A stretch of 64,000 nt of DNA from Paenibacillus cymbidii (lineage in GTDB: Bacteria > Bacillota > Bacilli > Paenibacillales > NBRC-103111), in contig NZ_SHLX01000014.1 in the NCBI RefSeq assembly GCF_004764705.1, positions 90,953 through 154,952 on the forward strand, given 5' to 3'. The notes under the pieces were generated by a model. That model was not told the DNA's origin, did not search any database, and saw nothing but the letters and a program-made list of their open reading frames with translations. Position 1 is the stretch's first letter. Each line of letters starts with the position of its first letter. Both the position numbers and the translations under genes were made by a program. This document shows positions 10,774 to 20,871 of the stretch, piece by piece.

Positions 10774-12219
10774 TCAGCCCGCCGTTTCCGCATGCAGCGG
10801 AGCGGAGGCGGCGGACGGGTTGGCTGCCGTACCCGGCGCCGGCTTGCGTCCGGCGCCGCGGACGAACAGCAGCACGCCGATCAGCGCCAGGGCGATCATC
10901 GCCGAGCCGGCGAACAGCGACGGCACGATATGGTCGCCGAAGTCGGCGGGAGTACGGACGGCGGCGCCGGATTGGAAGATGAGGCCGCCGATGGCGATGC
11001 CGAACACGCCGCCCAGCTCGCGGGTCGCGTTGCTGACGCCGCTCGCTTCGCCGGAAGCGCCGTCCGGCGCGGACGAGAGGATGCCGTGCGACAGCGGCGT
11101 GAAGCTCAGGCCCATGCCGGCGCCCGCGGCCATCATCATCGGCGCCTGGTAGCCGAAGGGGAAGTCGACGCCGACGGTCAGGATGAGCACGGCGAAACCG
11201 GCGATGGCGACCGCTTGCAGCAGCAGGCCGGCCGACAGCACGGAGCGCGTGCCGAAGCGCGAGACGGCGAGCCCGGCCAGCGGAGCGGCGATCATCGTGC
11301 AGCCGGTCCACGCCATCTCGCGAATGCCGGCGCCAAGCGCGGAATAACCTTGCGCCTGCTGCAGGAACAGCGTCAACAGGAAGATGGCGCAGAAGATGCC
11401 CGCATTCATCCAGAAGCCGGTAAGCACCAGCGCGGAATATTGGCGGTTGCGGAACAGATCGAAGCGGATGAGCGGCAAACGGCGCGCCCGCTCCCATACA
11501 TAGAACAACACGAGCAACGCAGCGCCGCCGAGCAGCGAGACGAGCACCGGCGCCGAGCCCCAGCCTTCGGCGTTGCCGCGCTCGAGGCCGAAGACGAGGC
11601 CGAATAGTCCGCCGGCGACCAGCAGCACGCTGGAGATGCGGATTGGCCGTCGTTCGCCGCGCGATTCGTCGAGCCATTTCAGACCGAGCAGGAAGGCAAT
11701 AACGCCAACGGGAACGTTCACCCAAAAAATAAGCTGCCACGGCGCGCCTTCGACGATCATGCCGCCGACCAGCGGGCCGACCGACAAGCCGAGGCCGGAT
11801 ATGCCGGACCAGATGCCGAGCGCGGCGGCGCGTTTGTCAGCAGGGAACGCCGCGTTGACAAGCGTCAGGCTGAGCGGCACAACGGCGGCGCCGCCAATAC
11901 CTTGCAGCGCACGCGAGAGGATGAGCGCGATCGAACTCGTGCTTAAACCCGACAGCGCGGAGCCGAGGGTGAAAAGCACGACGCCGGCGAGAAACATCCG
12001 CTTGCGGCCGATCCGTTCGCCAAGCAGGCTGAACGGGATAAGCAAGACGGAGAAAGCGAGCGTGTAAGCGTTCATGAACCATTCGAGATCGGACATCGTC
12101 GCGTGGAACGATTGCTGGATCGCCGGCAGGGCGACGCCGAGCACAAGGTTGTCGAGCATGGCCATGAACAGGGCGGCGCAAGTAACGACAAGCAGCCGGA
12201 CGCGGGAAGCGGTGAACAT
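10774..12219 (-). CDS. MFS transporter, DHA2 (EmrB/QacA, 14-TMS) drug:H+ antiporter family
   Basis: 481 aa and 14 predicted TM helices, with the MFS signature (…LDNLVLGVALPAI…). It lies downstream of a tetR gene. Confidence 0.85.
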   Translation of the reverse strand: MFTASRVRLLVVTCAALFMAMLDNLVLGVALPAIQQSFHATMSDLEWFMNAYTLAFSVLLIPFSLLGERIGRKRMFLAGVVLFTLGSALSGLSTSSIALILSRALQGIGGAAVVPLSLTLVNAAFPADKRAAALGIWSGISGLGLSVGPLVGGMIVEGAPWQLIFWVNVPVGVIAFLLGLKWLDESRGERRPIRISSVLLVAGGLFGLVFGLERGNAEGWGSAPVLVSLLGGAALLVLFYVWERARRLPLIRFDLFRNRQYSALVLTGFWMNAGIFCAIFLLTLFLQQAQGYSALGAGIREMAWTGCTMIAAPLAGLAVSRFGTRSVLSAGLLLQAVAIAGFAVLILTVGVDFPFGYQAPMMMAAGAGMGLSFTPLSHGILSSAPDGASGEASGVSNATRELGGVFGIAIGGLIFQSGAAVRTPADFGDHIVPSLFAGSAMIALALIGVLLFVRGAGRKPAPGTAANPSAASAPLHAETAG

Positions 12220-12253
12220 GTGATTTCATCTCCTTTTGAAAGCTTGATTTATT

Positions 12254-12276
12254 GATAAATAAATGGATCTGGTTAA
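12254..12276. promoter_or_regulatory. Putative TetR operator (inverted repeat ATTTATT-N4-AATAAAT) between tetR and the MFS gene
   Basis: GATTTATTGATAAATAAATGG. A second copy of the same half-sites lies upstream of tetR at ~12910-12930 (ATTTATTGACTAATAAAT). Confidence 0.5.
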
Positions 12277-12323
12277 AAAACGGCGATGCAGCGCGTCCAG
12301 AGGATTCGGCCGCATGCCGACGG

Positions 12324-12884
12324 TTACGCGGGAGAGGACGGACCGGTGCAACTCTTGGGCCCGTTTTCCCGCCAGGGGCAAAGCTTCGGCATGCCGAGCG
12401 TTTCCGACATGGCGATGATAAGGCCTTGGCTGATAAACAGGCTTGCCTCGCGGCCCGGTTCCGGAATGCCGGCGTTCTCGAAGCGGCTTTTTACCCGTTC
12501 ATAAACGGCGTCGAATTCGCGCCGCGTATAGTCCCTTACGGCTTCTTCCGGCGTGGCGAACGCCATCATGACGAGCAATATTTCGTTGCGGTATTCGAGC
12601 AACAGGTCGATGAACGCATGCCCCATCGCTTCAACCAGCTCTTCGGGAGGCGCCTGCACGGTGGCAAAAGCGTGCAAAATCCGCTGCGACGCTTGCGACA
12701 GAACGGCGAGATAAAGCTCCTCTTTCGTTTTGAAAAAGTGGAACACATACGGTTGAGTGACGCCTACCGCTTTCGCCACGGCGGCGGTCGTCGTTTTGTA
12801 GTATCCGAGCTCGGCGAACAAGGCGGCGGCGGCATCAAGAATTTGCTGCTTGCGGGAGAGTGCCTCCTCTTCCTTCGGGGTCAT
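12324..12884 (-). CDS. TetR/AcrR-family transcriptional repressor (likely regulates the downstream MFS efflux pump)
   Basis: N-terminal TetR HTH (…ILDAAAALFAELGYYKTTTAAVAKAVGVTQPYVFHFF…). Confidence 0.85.
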   Translation of the reverse strand: MTPKEEEALSRKQQILDAAAALFAELGYYKTTTAAVAKAVGVTQPYVFHFFKTKEELYLAVLSQASQRILHAFATVQAPPEELVEAMGHAFIDLLLEYRNEILLVMMAFATPEEAVRDYTRREFDAVYERVKSRFENAGIPEPGREASLFISQGLIIAMSETLGMPKLCPWRENGPKSCTGPSSPA

Positions 12885-12992
12885 GGCGGCTCCTTTCGGT
12901 TACGGCGCTCAAAATCATTTATTGACTAATAAATAACACACTGACAACCCCGCTGTCAACGTTTTTTCACGCCAAACCGCCAATAACTTTTA

Positions 12993-13738
12993 TTACGCGG
13001 TCAAAATAATCGGTCCGTTCGCCGTAATCGCAATCGTATGCTCGTACTGGGCCGACAGTTTGCCGTCGAACGTGCGCGCCGTCCAGCCGTCGTCGTCCAC
13101 ATACATCAAATGGGTGCCCTCGTTAATCATCGGCTCCAGCGTAAATACCATGCCTTCCTTGAGCCGCAAGCCGCGCCCGGGTTTGCCGACATGGACGAGG
13201 TTCGGCTCCTCGTGCAGCGAACGGCCTACGCCGTGGGCAAGCAAGTCGCGCACCGACGAATAGCCGTTCTGTTCGGCATGCGACTGGATCGCATGCATCA
13301 CGTCGCCGATCCGGTTGCCGACGACCGCCTTTTCGATGCCGCGGAGCAAACATTCCTTCGTCACCCGCATCAGCTTGCGCGCGGCCGGCGAAATGTCGCC
13401 CACCGCGTAACACCACGCGGAATCGCCGACCCAGCCGCCGAATTCGGCGACGATGTCGATCTTGACGATATCGCCGCTACGCAGCGGCTGCCGGTTCGGG
13501 AAACCGTGCGCAATGACGTCGTTGACCGAAGCGCAGGTAGCGAACGGATAGCCTTTGTATCCTTTCGTGACCGGCGAGCCGCCCATGCTTCTCATGAACC
13601 GTTCGACGGCCTGGTCGATTTCGAGCGTCGTCACGCCGGGCTTGATCATTGCTGCCACTTGCTTGTGACAGGCGGCGACGAGCGCGCCCGCTTTTTTCAT
13701 TTCCGCGATTTCTTCCTTCGATTTTAAAATAATCACCG
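12993..13738 (-). CDS. map: Methionine aminopeptidase, type I
   Basis: Pita-bread fold with the MAP metal ligands (…DIVKIDIVAEFGGWVGDSA…HGVGRSLHEEP…EHTIAIT). The start is probably GTG (VIILKSKEEI) after AGGGGAA. The track ORF extends 18 residues further upstream. Confidence 0.85.
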
Positions 13739-13796
13739 TGTAATTCCCCTTCCCTCGGCGCTGCCGCACCTTCGCCTGTTTTTGCCGCATTCTCGC

Positions 13797-14417
13797 TTAT
13801 TGCTGCCGCTCGGCGCTGCCGATCGTTGACCGAAGCCCGTCGAACCACAGATCGACCGCTTCCGCTGCCGAATCGTCGAACCGTCGATAATGCTTATACA
13901 CGCCGGCGCTGCCAACCAGGGCGCCAAGCGTCCAGTTCGCCAGCTTCTCCGGGTCGGGATGGCCTTGCGCCCATTCTCGCATAGTTCGAGCGACAGGTTG
14001 GTATAATTCCGCCTGAAACCGGTCATACAGCAGGGCAAACCGCTCGTCAGGCAAATGGTGAAAGTTATCTGCAATCAGTTTATACAAAATGTAGACGGAG
14101 GTTCGTTCCGTCCACAGTTCCGTCAGCTTGTGAAAATGCCGCCGCAGCCGCATTTCCGGTTCCCCTTGGCTGCCAAGACTGTCGTCTGCTGCTGCTTTTG
14201 CCAGGTCGACCGCTTCCTCCAGCATGTCGTGCAGCAGATCGAGCTTGTTGCGGTAATAGTGATACGCCGTGCCGTAGCCAAGCGCCGCTTTGTCGGCGAT
14301 ATCGCGCATTTCCATCGCCATTCCTTTGGCCATATATACTTCCGCCGCGGCTTCGAGCATTTGCCGGATGCGTTTATCGCGAATTTGATCGTTCTGTTCC
14401 TTTGTTCGAGGCGACAA
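13797..14417 (-). CDS. TetR/AcrR-family transcriptional regulator
   Basis: TetR HTH (…MRDIADKAALGYGTAYHYYRNKLDLL…). The likely start is TTG, 6 nt after AGGAGTG. Confidence 0.75.
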   Translation of the reverse strand: MSPRTKEQNDQIRDKRIRQMLEAAAEVYMAKGMAMEMRDIADKAALGYGTAYHYYRNKLDLLHDMLEEAVDLAKAAADDSLGSQGEPEMRLRRHFHKLTELWTERTSVYILYKLIADNFHHLPDERFALLYDRFQAELYQPVARTMREWAQGHPDPEKLANWTLGALVGSAGVYKHYRRFDDSAAEAVDLWFDGLRSTIGSAERQQ

Positions 14418-14545
14418 GGAAACCACTCCTTATTTTGACCTACTGATATGTCGATATAAAAATAACCGATCTTGCCTTCATTTGCAAGCGAACCGGAGCG
14501 GAACGCCAAAAAAGGCTGCCCGAAGGCAGCCTGGACGAAACGCGG

Positions 14546-15859
14546 TTATGGAAACTCCACTTCCTTCTCGCGATCGGCGATATACGCTTCCAGCTTGAGC
14601 CGGATATACGGCGCGATGCCTGACAGCATGCAGCCGTAGCGGAATTTGCCTTCCTTCGCCTCGATGCGGACGATTTTGCCGGTAATCGGGGGCAGATCGG
14701 CTTCCTGCGGGAAATGGATGACGACGAACATATCTTTGGCCAGCGGGAACGTAGAAATGATCTGCAGCCCGCTCTCGGACAAATCGTACAGCACGCCTTC
14801 GATCGTTTGTCCCGTGAACGCGCCTTCCTGTTCCCATTGGTAGACGGACAGCTGCAGCTTGATGCCGACGCTGACGCGGTTCGCGCGGCGCCGCTCCGAC
14901 GCCGACGCGGCGGCGGGAAGCGGCATGCTGAGCTGCATCGGCACGTCCGACGGCGTTTCGTTAGGGTGCTTCTGCACCGTCAAGTGCAGCCATTCTTCAT
15001 ATACTTTAACCAGCGAGCTTAAATCCTCCGCGCCGAACCCTTTGCTCAGCCCCATCTGAAACAGGCTGGACGCCGAATGCAGCATGGGCGAAGGGAGTTG
15101 GAAGCGGCTCGTTTCGCGCGAGGCCAGCAGCAGATCCTTGAGCATGAGCTGCAGCGCAAACTGTACGCTGAAATCGCGACCGATGATTTTTGGTCCTTTC
15201 AGTTCGGCTTGTTTGCTGCCTGCTCCGCCGGCTACGACTACTTGCACGAACTTTTCCGGATCGAGCCCGGCTTTCGCCGCCAACGCCATGCCTTCGATGA
15301 ATCCGGCAGCATTGATGCCGACAATCGTATTATGCGCCAGCTTGGCGTAGGAGCCCGATCCGGACGGTCCGAAATAAAGCGCGTTCGTGCCGAGCGCGGA
15401 CAACAGCTCCCGCTGCTCCTCGAACACTTCCTCCCGGCCGCCGACCATAAAGAACAGCGTTGCCGCCGCCGCTCCCATTTTGCTGCCGGTTACGGGAGCA
15501 TCGAGAAAATCGACGAGGTGAGCGCCAAGCTCTTCATACAGGCCGCGGCTCGTTTCCGGCGCTACGGTGCTGCAGTCGATGACAGTCAGCCCCGGGTGAA
15601 CGCCTTCCATGATTCCTTTCGATCCGTAAAACAATTCTTGCAGCGCCCGGTCGTCGCTGACGTTCGTGAACAGTACGTCCACGCTGCGCGCCACGGCCGC
15701 CGGACTTGCGGCGAGCTCCGCGCCTTTGTCGACGAGTTCGGCCGCCTTCGCCGCCGTGCGGTTGTACACCGTAAGCGGATAACCTTTGCCCAGCAGATTG
15801 GTCGCCATCGGCAACCCCATCGTTCCGAGCCCGATAAACCCGATGGATTTCATTGTCAT
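14546..15859 (-). CDS. Fusion protein: N-terminal NAD(P)-dependent β-hydroxyacid dehydrogenase (3-hydroxyisobutyrate / tartronate-semialdehyde reductase family) plus a C-terminal PilZ (c-di-GMP-binding) domain
   Basis: Residues 1-~290 carry a Rossmann GxGxxG (IGFIGLGTMGLPMA) and the HIBADH catalytic region. After a Pro/Ala linker, the last ~120 residues carry both PilZ signature motifs: RxxxR (RRRANR) and DxSxxG (DLSESG). Confidence 0.75.
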   Translation of the reverse strand: MTMKSIGFIGLGTMGLPMATNLLGKGYPLTVYNRTAAKAAELVDKGAELAASPAAVARSVDVLFTNVSDDRALQELFYGSKGIMEGVHPGLTVIDCSTVAPETSRGLYEELGAHLVDFLDAPVTGSKMGAAAATLFFMVGGREEVFEEQRELLSALGTNALYFGPSGSGSYAKLAHNTIVGINAAGFIEGMALAAKAGLDPEKFVQVVVAGGAGSKQAELKGPKIIGRDFSVQFALQLMLKDLLLASRETSRFQLPSPMLHSASSLFQMGLSKGFGAEDLSSLVKVYEEWLHLTVQKHPNETPSDVPMQLSMPLPAAASASERRRANRVSVGIKLQLSVYQWEQEGAFTGQTIEGVLYDLSESGLQIISTFPLAKDMFVVIHFPQEADLPPITGKIVRIEAKEGKFRYGCMLSGIAPYIRLKLEAYIADREKEVEFP

Positions 15860-16013
15860 CACCTCTCCCCACATTTTATCATAGCTATGCGGCTTGTACA
15901 GTAGGACGTTCCGACTTGCGGAAAGGCGTACATAGCTTGCAAAAGACCAGGTTACTAAGTATGCTAGGTTTATGTGAAAATGTTGTGAAAATCATGTTGG
16001 GGGAGTTGCATTC

Positions 16014-17369
16014 ATGGGTTCCAAGCTTCAATTCGATTACAGCAAAGCGCTCGGTTTTATTTCGCAGCACGAGGTGGACTATTTGGCGGCCCCGATCGGG
16101 CTTGCACACGAGCAGCTTCATGCCGGTACCGGCGCCGGCTCCGATTACCTCGGTTGGATCGACCTGCCGGCAAACTACGACAAGGCGGAATTCGCCCGGA
16201 TCAAACAAGCGGCCGGCCGCATTCAGCAAGATTCCGACGCGCTCGTCGTCATCGGCATCGGCGGCTCTTACCTGGGCGCACGCGCCGCGCTGGACATGCT
16301 GTCGCACTCATTCTACAATTTGCTGCCGAAAGGCGCCCGCAAGACGCCGGAAATTTATTTCGTCGGCCAAAATATAAGCTCGACCTATGTCACGCACCTG
16401 CTGCAACTGCTTGAAGGCAAAGACTTTTCCGTCAACGTCATTTCCAAGTCGGGCACGACGACCGAACCGGCGATCGCCTTCCGCATTTTCCGCGAAGTGC
16501 TGGAGAAGAAGTACGGCAAAGAAGCGGCGCGCAAGCGCATCTATGCGACAACCGACCGCGAGCGGGGCGCGCTGAAGAAGCTGGCGACCGAAGAAGGCTA
16601 CGAGTCGTTCGTCATTCCGGACGATGTGGGCGGGCGTTACTCCGTGCTGACCGCGGTAGGCTTGCTGCCGATCGCCACAGCCGGGATCGACGTGGACGCG
16701 ATCATGCAGGGGGCGGCCGACGCGCGCGAAGCTTATGCGGTTGCCGACGTAACGGCCAACGAAAGCTACCAATATGCGGCGGTGCGCAATGCGCTCTATC
16801 GCAAAGGGAAAGCGATCGAAATTCTCGTTAACTACGAACCTTCGCTGCATTTTGTTTCGGAATGGTGGAAGCAGCTTTACGGCGAAAGCGAAGGCAAGGA
16901 CAACAAAGGCATTTTCCCGGCGTCGGTCGATTTCTCCACGGACTTGCACTCGATGGGCCAGTTTGTGCAGGAAGGCTCGCGCAACTTGTTCGAGACGATC
17001 ATTCAGGTAGCCGAAGTGAAGGAGCAGATCGTGATCGGCACGGACGCGGCCAATCTCGACGGGCTTAACTTCCTCAGCGGCAAAACGATGGATTTCGTCA
17101 ATAAAAAAGCGTTCGAAGGCACGATGCTCGCCCACGCCGACGGCGGGGTGCCGAACCTGATCGTGACGCTGCCGGATCTGTCGGCGTATACGTTCGGCTA
17201 CATGGTGTATTTCTTCGAGAAGGCATGCGGCATCAGCGGCTACCTGCTCGGCGTCAATCCGTTCGACCAGCCGGGCGTCGAAGCGTACAAGAAGAACATG
17301 TTCGCGCTGCTCGGCAAGCCGGGCTTCGAGAAGGAAAAGGCGGAGCTGGAAGCACGGCTCGCCAAGTAA
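16014..17369 (+). CDS. pgi: Glucose-6-phosphate isomerase
   Basis: 451-aa PGI (…FDYSKALGF…, …[11 protein letters not shown]…, …[28 protein letters not shown]). RBS is GGGGGAG. Confidence 0.95.
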   Translation: MGSKLQFDYSKALGFISQHEVDYLAAPIGLAHEQLHAGTGAGSDYLGWIDLPANYDKAEFARIKQAAGRIQQDSDALVVIGIGGSYLGARAALDMLSHSFYNLLPKGARKTPEIYFVGQNISSTYVTHLLQLLEGKDFSVNVISKSGTTTEPAIAFRIFREVLEKKYGKEAARKRIYATTDRERGALKKLATEEGYESFVIPDDVGGRYSVLTAVGLLPIATAGIDVDAIMQGAADAREAYAVADVTANESYQYAAVRNALYRKGKAIEILVNYEPSLHFVSEWWKQLYGESEGKDNKGIFPASVDFSTDLHSMGQFVQEGSRNLFETIIQVAEVKEQIVIGTDAANLDGLNFLSGKTMDFVNKKAFEGTMLAHADGGVPNLIVTLPDLSAYTFGYMVYFFEKACGISGYLLGVNPFDQPGVEAYKKNMFALLGKPGFEKEKAELEARLAK

Positions 17370-17466
17370 GGAGCACAGTCGGGAAACAGGAACGCACAGG
17401 AGAAACGGACGCCGTACCGGAAGGGATGGCGGGCCGTTTCTTCGCCAAAGAAAGGAGTTTGACGGA

Positions 17467-18636
17467 ATGGCATTCGATTTTGACGCCATCGTGAACCGGC
17501 GCGGGACGCGTTCGTACAAGTGGGACCAATCGGAGCGGCTGTTCGGCGATGCGGATATTTTGCCGCTGTGGGTGGCGGATATGGATTTCAACAGCCCGCC
17601 GGAAGTGGAGCAGGCGCTGGTGGAACGGGCGCAACAGGGGATATACGGCTATACGATTCGGATGAACAGTTACCTTGATGCAATCACCGGTTGGTTTGCT
17701 CGCCGGCACCGCTGGTCGATTCGGCCGGAGTGGGTGACGGATTCGCCCGGAGTCGTCACCTCGCTGGCGCTGGCGGTGGAATGCTTCAGCGAGCCGGGGC
17801 AGCGCATCGTCGTGCAGCCTCCGGTGTATTACCCGTTCTTCGACGTTGTGCGCATGAACGGGCGCGAGCTGGCATACAATCCGCTGATCGAACGTAATGG
17901 CGCGTTTGAGATGGATTACGACCATTTGGAAAGCTTGCTGAAGGAAGGCGCGGCGATGCTGCTGCTATGCAACCCGCACAACCCGGGCGGCCGCGTCTGG
18001 ACGCGCGAGGAGCTGCTGCGGCTCGGCGAATTGTGCCTGCGGTACGGCGTTACCGTTGTCTCCGACGAAATTCATTGCGACCATGTGTATGCCGGGCATA
18101 AGCATATTCCGTTCGCTTCGCTTTCGGATGAAATCGCGGCGATTACGCTTACTTGCCTGGCTCCTTCCAAATCGTTCAACCTGCCGGGGTTGCAGTCGTC
18201 GTTTGCCGTGACGCCGAACGAGCGGATGCGGCGCACGTTCGAAACGCGGGTCAAAGCGTTGTCGTTGCATATGTCCAACTATTTTGCTCCGGTGGCGACG
18301 GAGGCGGCTTATACGTATGGCGATCGTTGGCTGGACGAATTGCTCGTTTACTTGCAAGGCAATGCGGAGCATGCGTTATCGTTTCTTGGGCAGCGGCTGC
18401 CGGAGCTGAGACCGATGCGGCCGCAGGGCACGTATTTGCTGTGGACGGACTGCCGAGCGCTTGGGCGCAGCGTGCCCGAGTTGAAGGAACTGATGTTTAG
18501 GCGCGCGCGTGTAGCGTTCAGCGAAGGGTCGGTATTTGGCAAGCAGGGAGAGGGCTATTTGCGCATCAATCTGGCCTGCCCGCGTTCGTTGCTGACCGAA
18601 GCGCTCGAGCGGTTTGCCGTCGCCGTTCGCGGCTAA
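17467..18636 (+). CDS. patB: PLP-dependent C-S lyase / cystathionine β-lyase of the PatB/MalY family (class I/II aminotransferase fold)
   Basis: …PLWVADMDF… N-terminal motif and an aminotransferase class I/II fold, 389 aa. Confidence 0.8.
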   Translation: MAFDFDAIVNRRGTRSYKWDQSERLFGDADILPLWVADMDFNSPPEVEQALVERAQQGIYGYTIRMNSYLDAITGWFARRHRWSIRPEWVTDSPGVVTSLALAVECFSEPGQRIVVQPPVYYPFFDVVRMNGRELAYNPLIERNGAFEMDYDHLESLLKEGAAMLLLCNPHNPGGRVWTREELLRLGELCLRYGVTVVSDEIHCDHVYAGHKHIPFASLSDEIAAITLTCLAPSKSFNLPGLQSSFAVTPNERMRRTFETRVKALSLHMSNYFAPVATEAAYTYGDRWLDELLVYLQGNAEHALSFLGQRLPELRPMRPQGTYLLWTDCRALGRSVPELKELMFRRARVAFSEGSVFGKQGEGYLRINLACPRSLLTEALERFAVAVRG

Positions 18637-18648
18637 GGGGAAGATCGG

Positions 18649-19296
18649 ATGCTGGAACGATACCACACGGTTCAGTTACCGGGGAGCAGCGAAATCGTCA
18701 TCAAAAAGTCGCGTTTCATCGGCCATGCGCGTCCGGTGGACAGCGAGGAGGAAGCGCTGCGGTTTATCGAAGCGGTGCGCAAGGAGCATTGGAACGCGAC
18801 GCATAACTGCTTCGCGTACATGATCGGCGACCGCGACGAAATTCAGAAGCAGTCTGACGACGGCGAGCCGAGCGGCACGGCGGGCAAGCCGATCCTGGAA
18901 GTCATCAAGCACCGCAAGCTGAAGTATGTTGCCGTCGTCGTCACTCGTTATTTCGGCGGCATTATGCTCGGCGCGGGCGGGCTGATTCGCGCGTATACGG
19001 ACGGCGCGGTGGCGGGCATAGACGCGGCGCGGCCGATCGCGCAAATGCTGCACCGCGAAGTGCGGGTTGCGCTCGATTACACGTGGCTCGGCAAAGCTGA
19101 AAACGAGCTGCGCGGCCGCGGCACCTTGATGGGCGAAACGTTGTTCGCGGAAAACGTGACGCTGCTTTGTTTGCCGCTGGAGGCGGAAGCGCCTTCCTTC
19201 ATCGCCTGGATGACCGACTTGACGCAAGGTCAGGCGGTCATCACGCGCGGCGAAGCGCGATATGTTGCACAGCCGCTGGACGGCAGCGGAGCATGA
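18649..19296 (+). CDS. yigZ: YigZ/IMPACT-family protein (UPF0029)
   Basis: …KKSRFIGHA…AVRKEHWNATHNCFAY…DDGEPSGTAGKPIL… (IMPACT N-domain signature). Confidence 0.8.
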   Translation: MLERYHTVQLPGSSEIVIKKSRFIGHARPVDSEEEALRFIEAVRKEHWNATHNCFAYMIGDRDEIQKQSDDGEPSGTAGKPILEVIKHRKLKYVAVVVTRYFGGIMLGAGGLIRAYTDGAVAGIDAARPIAQMLHREVRVALDYTWLGKAENELRGRGTLMGETLFAENVTLLCLPLEAEAPSFIAWMTDLTQGQAVITRGEARYVAQPLDGSGA

Positions 19297-19327
19297 CAAC
19301 GAAATATGAGGAGAGGGGGGCGGGACG

Positions 19328-19549
19328 ATGGATTTAACGACGGCAACACCCGAGAACGCGGCCTACATGATTGAGGCGATCAAAACGAAACTGCGTGTGG
19401 CTACCGGCGCCGCGATCAAGCCGGAACATTTTAACCTGGCTTTATACGAGGATTTGAAGGATATTTACGATCATGTGAACGGCAAGCCGCACTTCAGCGT
19501 CAGCGAAATGGACGCTATTGTGCTGGAGTTGGGCAGACTGCGGAAGTAG
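19328..19549 (+). CDS. Small DUF1128/UPF0435-family protein (YfkK-like)
   Basis: 73 aa (…ENAAYMIEAIKTKLRV…YEDLKDIYDHV…SEMDAIVLELGRL). It is followed by a hairpin terminator at ~19570-19600. Confidence 0.55.
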   Translation: MDLTTATPENAAYMIEAIKTKLRVATGAAIKPEHFNLALYEDLKDIYDHVNGKPHFSVSEMDAIVLELGRLRK

Positions 19550-19859
19550 GGCGGCAGATTATAGAGGCGGGTCCGCGAAGATTGATCGCGGGCTTTTTCT
19601 TTTGAAGGAGGCTGGGAGGAGGGGGCGATGTATCTGGCTCGCGCCGCTTTTGATCGCTATCCCCTTCGCTCAGTATGCTACAGGCGGGCCTTACCCCCGA
19701 TTACTAGAGGCTGGCTTTTTGCTCGGCTGAGGTCTTCGCTTCATTTATCAGAGGTGGATTGTTTATCCCTGTTGATGCATCTGAATAAAGCCCACCTTTT
19801 TGCGGACGGACAAAACTAGAAATCTTATATAGCTATACCAATATTGCTTTCGACAAGTG

Positions 19860-20750
19860 TCAACTTGCCGGTCGGGTCAAATTGCGGTAGGTAATGGTTC
19901 TGCTGGAGCCGCATAGCCGAGCGATCGACTCGAACGGGTTCGACTGGCGCAGATGGCTGCCGATCATGAAACAAAATTCATTCAAATAAGCCTGCAAATG
20001 GCGGCGGCCCAGTCCGCGAAAGGTCAAGTTGATCCAGGAGACGGCCATTTTGTGGTAGGGAAGGGCGCGCTTCTCGGTTCTGTGTGTGTATTTGCCAACG
20101 GTACAAAAAAAGGTGGCATCCGGTTGTACATGCCGTTCCTTGAACCAGGTCACGCTTGTTCTGTCGATTCCGGTTGGGGAGAGCCATTCCTTCGGAACGA
20201 TTTTGATTTTCACGGCATGAGCGTGTTCGAATTCGGGTGAGGTGGTGGCGACGAAAACAGGCACTTCCCGCGGATGCAAAAATAATCCCGATAAATCCGG
20301 ACGGGCGTAAGAAGCTTTATCGACATGAACGAAACCGCAAAGCTGGGTTTCGGCATCTTGCAAACCGATGGCATATCGAATTTTGTGCAGCATCAACCAT
20401 GCCGTCTTGTAGGTGACCTTAATTGCCTTGGATAAAAACATGGCGCTCGTTCCAGGCGAAGGCCTTGTCATGTAGTGCAAGGCGACGAACCATTTGCAAA
20501 GCGGGGTGCGGCTTCCCTCCATCACGGTGCCGCTGGTCGGCGATGCCTGGTAGTGGCAGGAGGTGCACTGAAACAACGGCATTCGCCGGGAGGCAATCCG
20601 GTAGCAGCTGGTGTGGCCGCATCGCGGACAAAGGAATCCGTTCGGCCATTTGCAACAGATCAGATGTTCGATACAGCTCTCTTCCGTGCCAAATTCCTCG
20701 TTCATTTGCTCCAGCGATTGTGGCATTTGAAACATAACAACACCCCCCAC
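19860..20750 (-). mobile_element. IS1595-family insertion sequence; the transposase ORF has an N-terminal zinc ribbon and a DDE domain
   Basis: 296-aa ORF with a CxxC…CxxC zinc ribbon (FLCPRCGHTSCYRIASRRMPLFQCTSCHY) followed by a DDE_Tnp_IS1595-like region. It is inserted in a 1.7-kb intergenic gap. The terminal inverted repeats could not be delimited confidently. Confidence 0.7.
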
Positions 20751-20871
20751 TCAGAATGGTTATGGTTTTATTATAACAAACGTATGTTCTTATTTTCAAG
20801 TGTAATAGGGTGAATTTTCCAAAATAAATGTGCTTTTGGTCGCAACTGGTGAGACGAGGGGAAGGAGAAAT

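Noticed and set aside
16308-17591. 427-aa minus ORF
   Set aside because: Antisense shadow of pgi.
19550-19860. Possible tRNA or small RNA gene in the IS-proximal intergenic region
   Set aside because: No cloverleaf with a proper acceptor stem, T-arm and anticodon stem could be folded. The region instead holds a terminator hairpin and the isolated 18-mer repeat copy.
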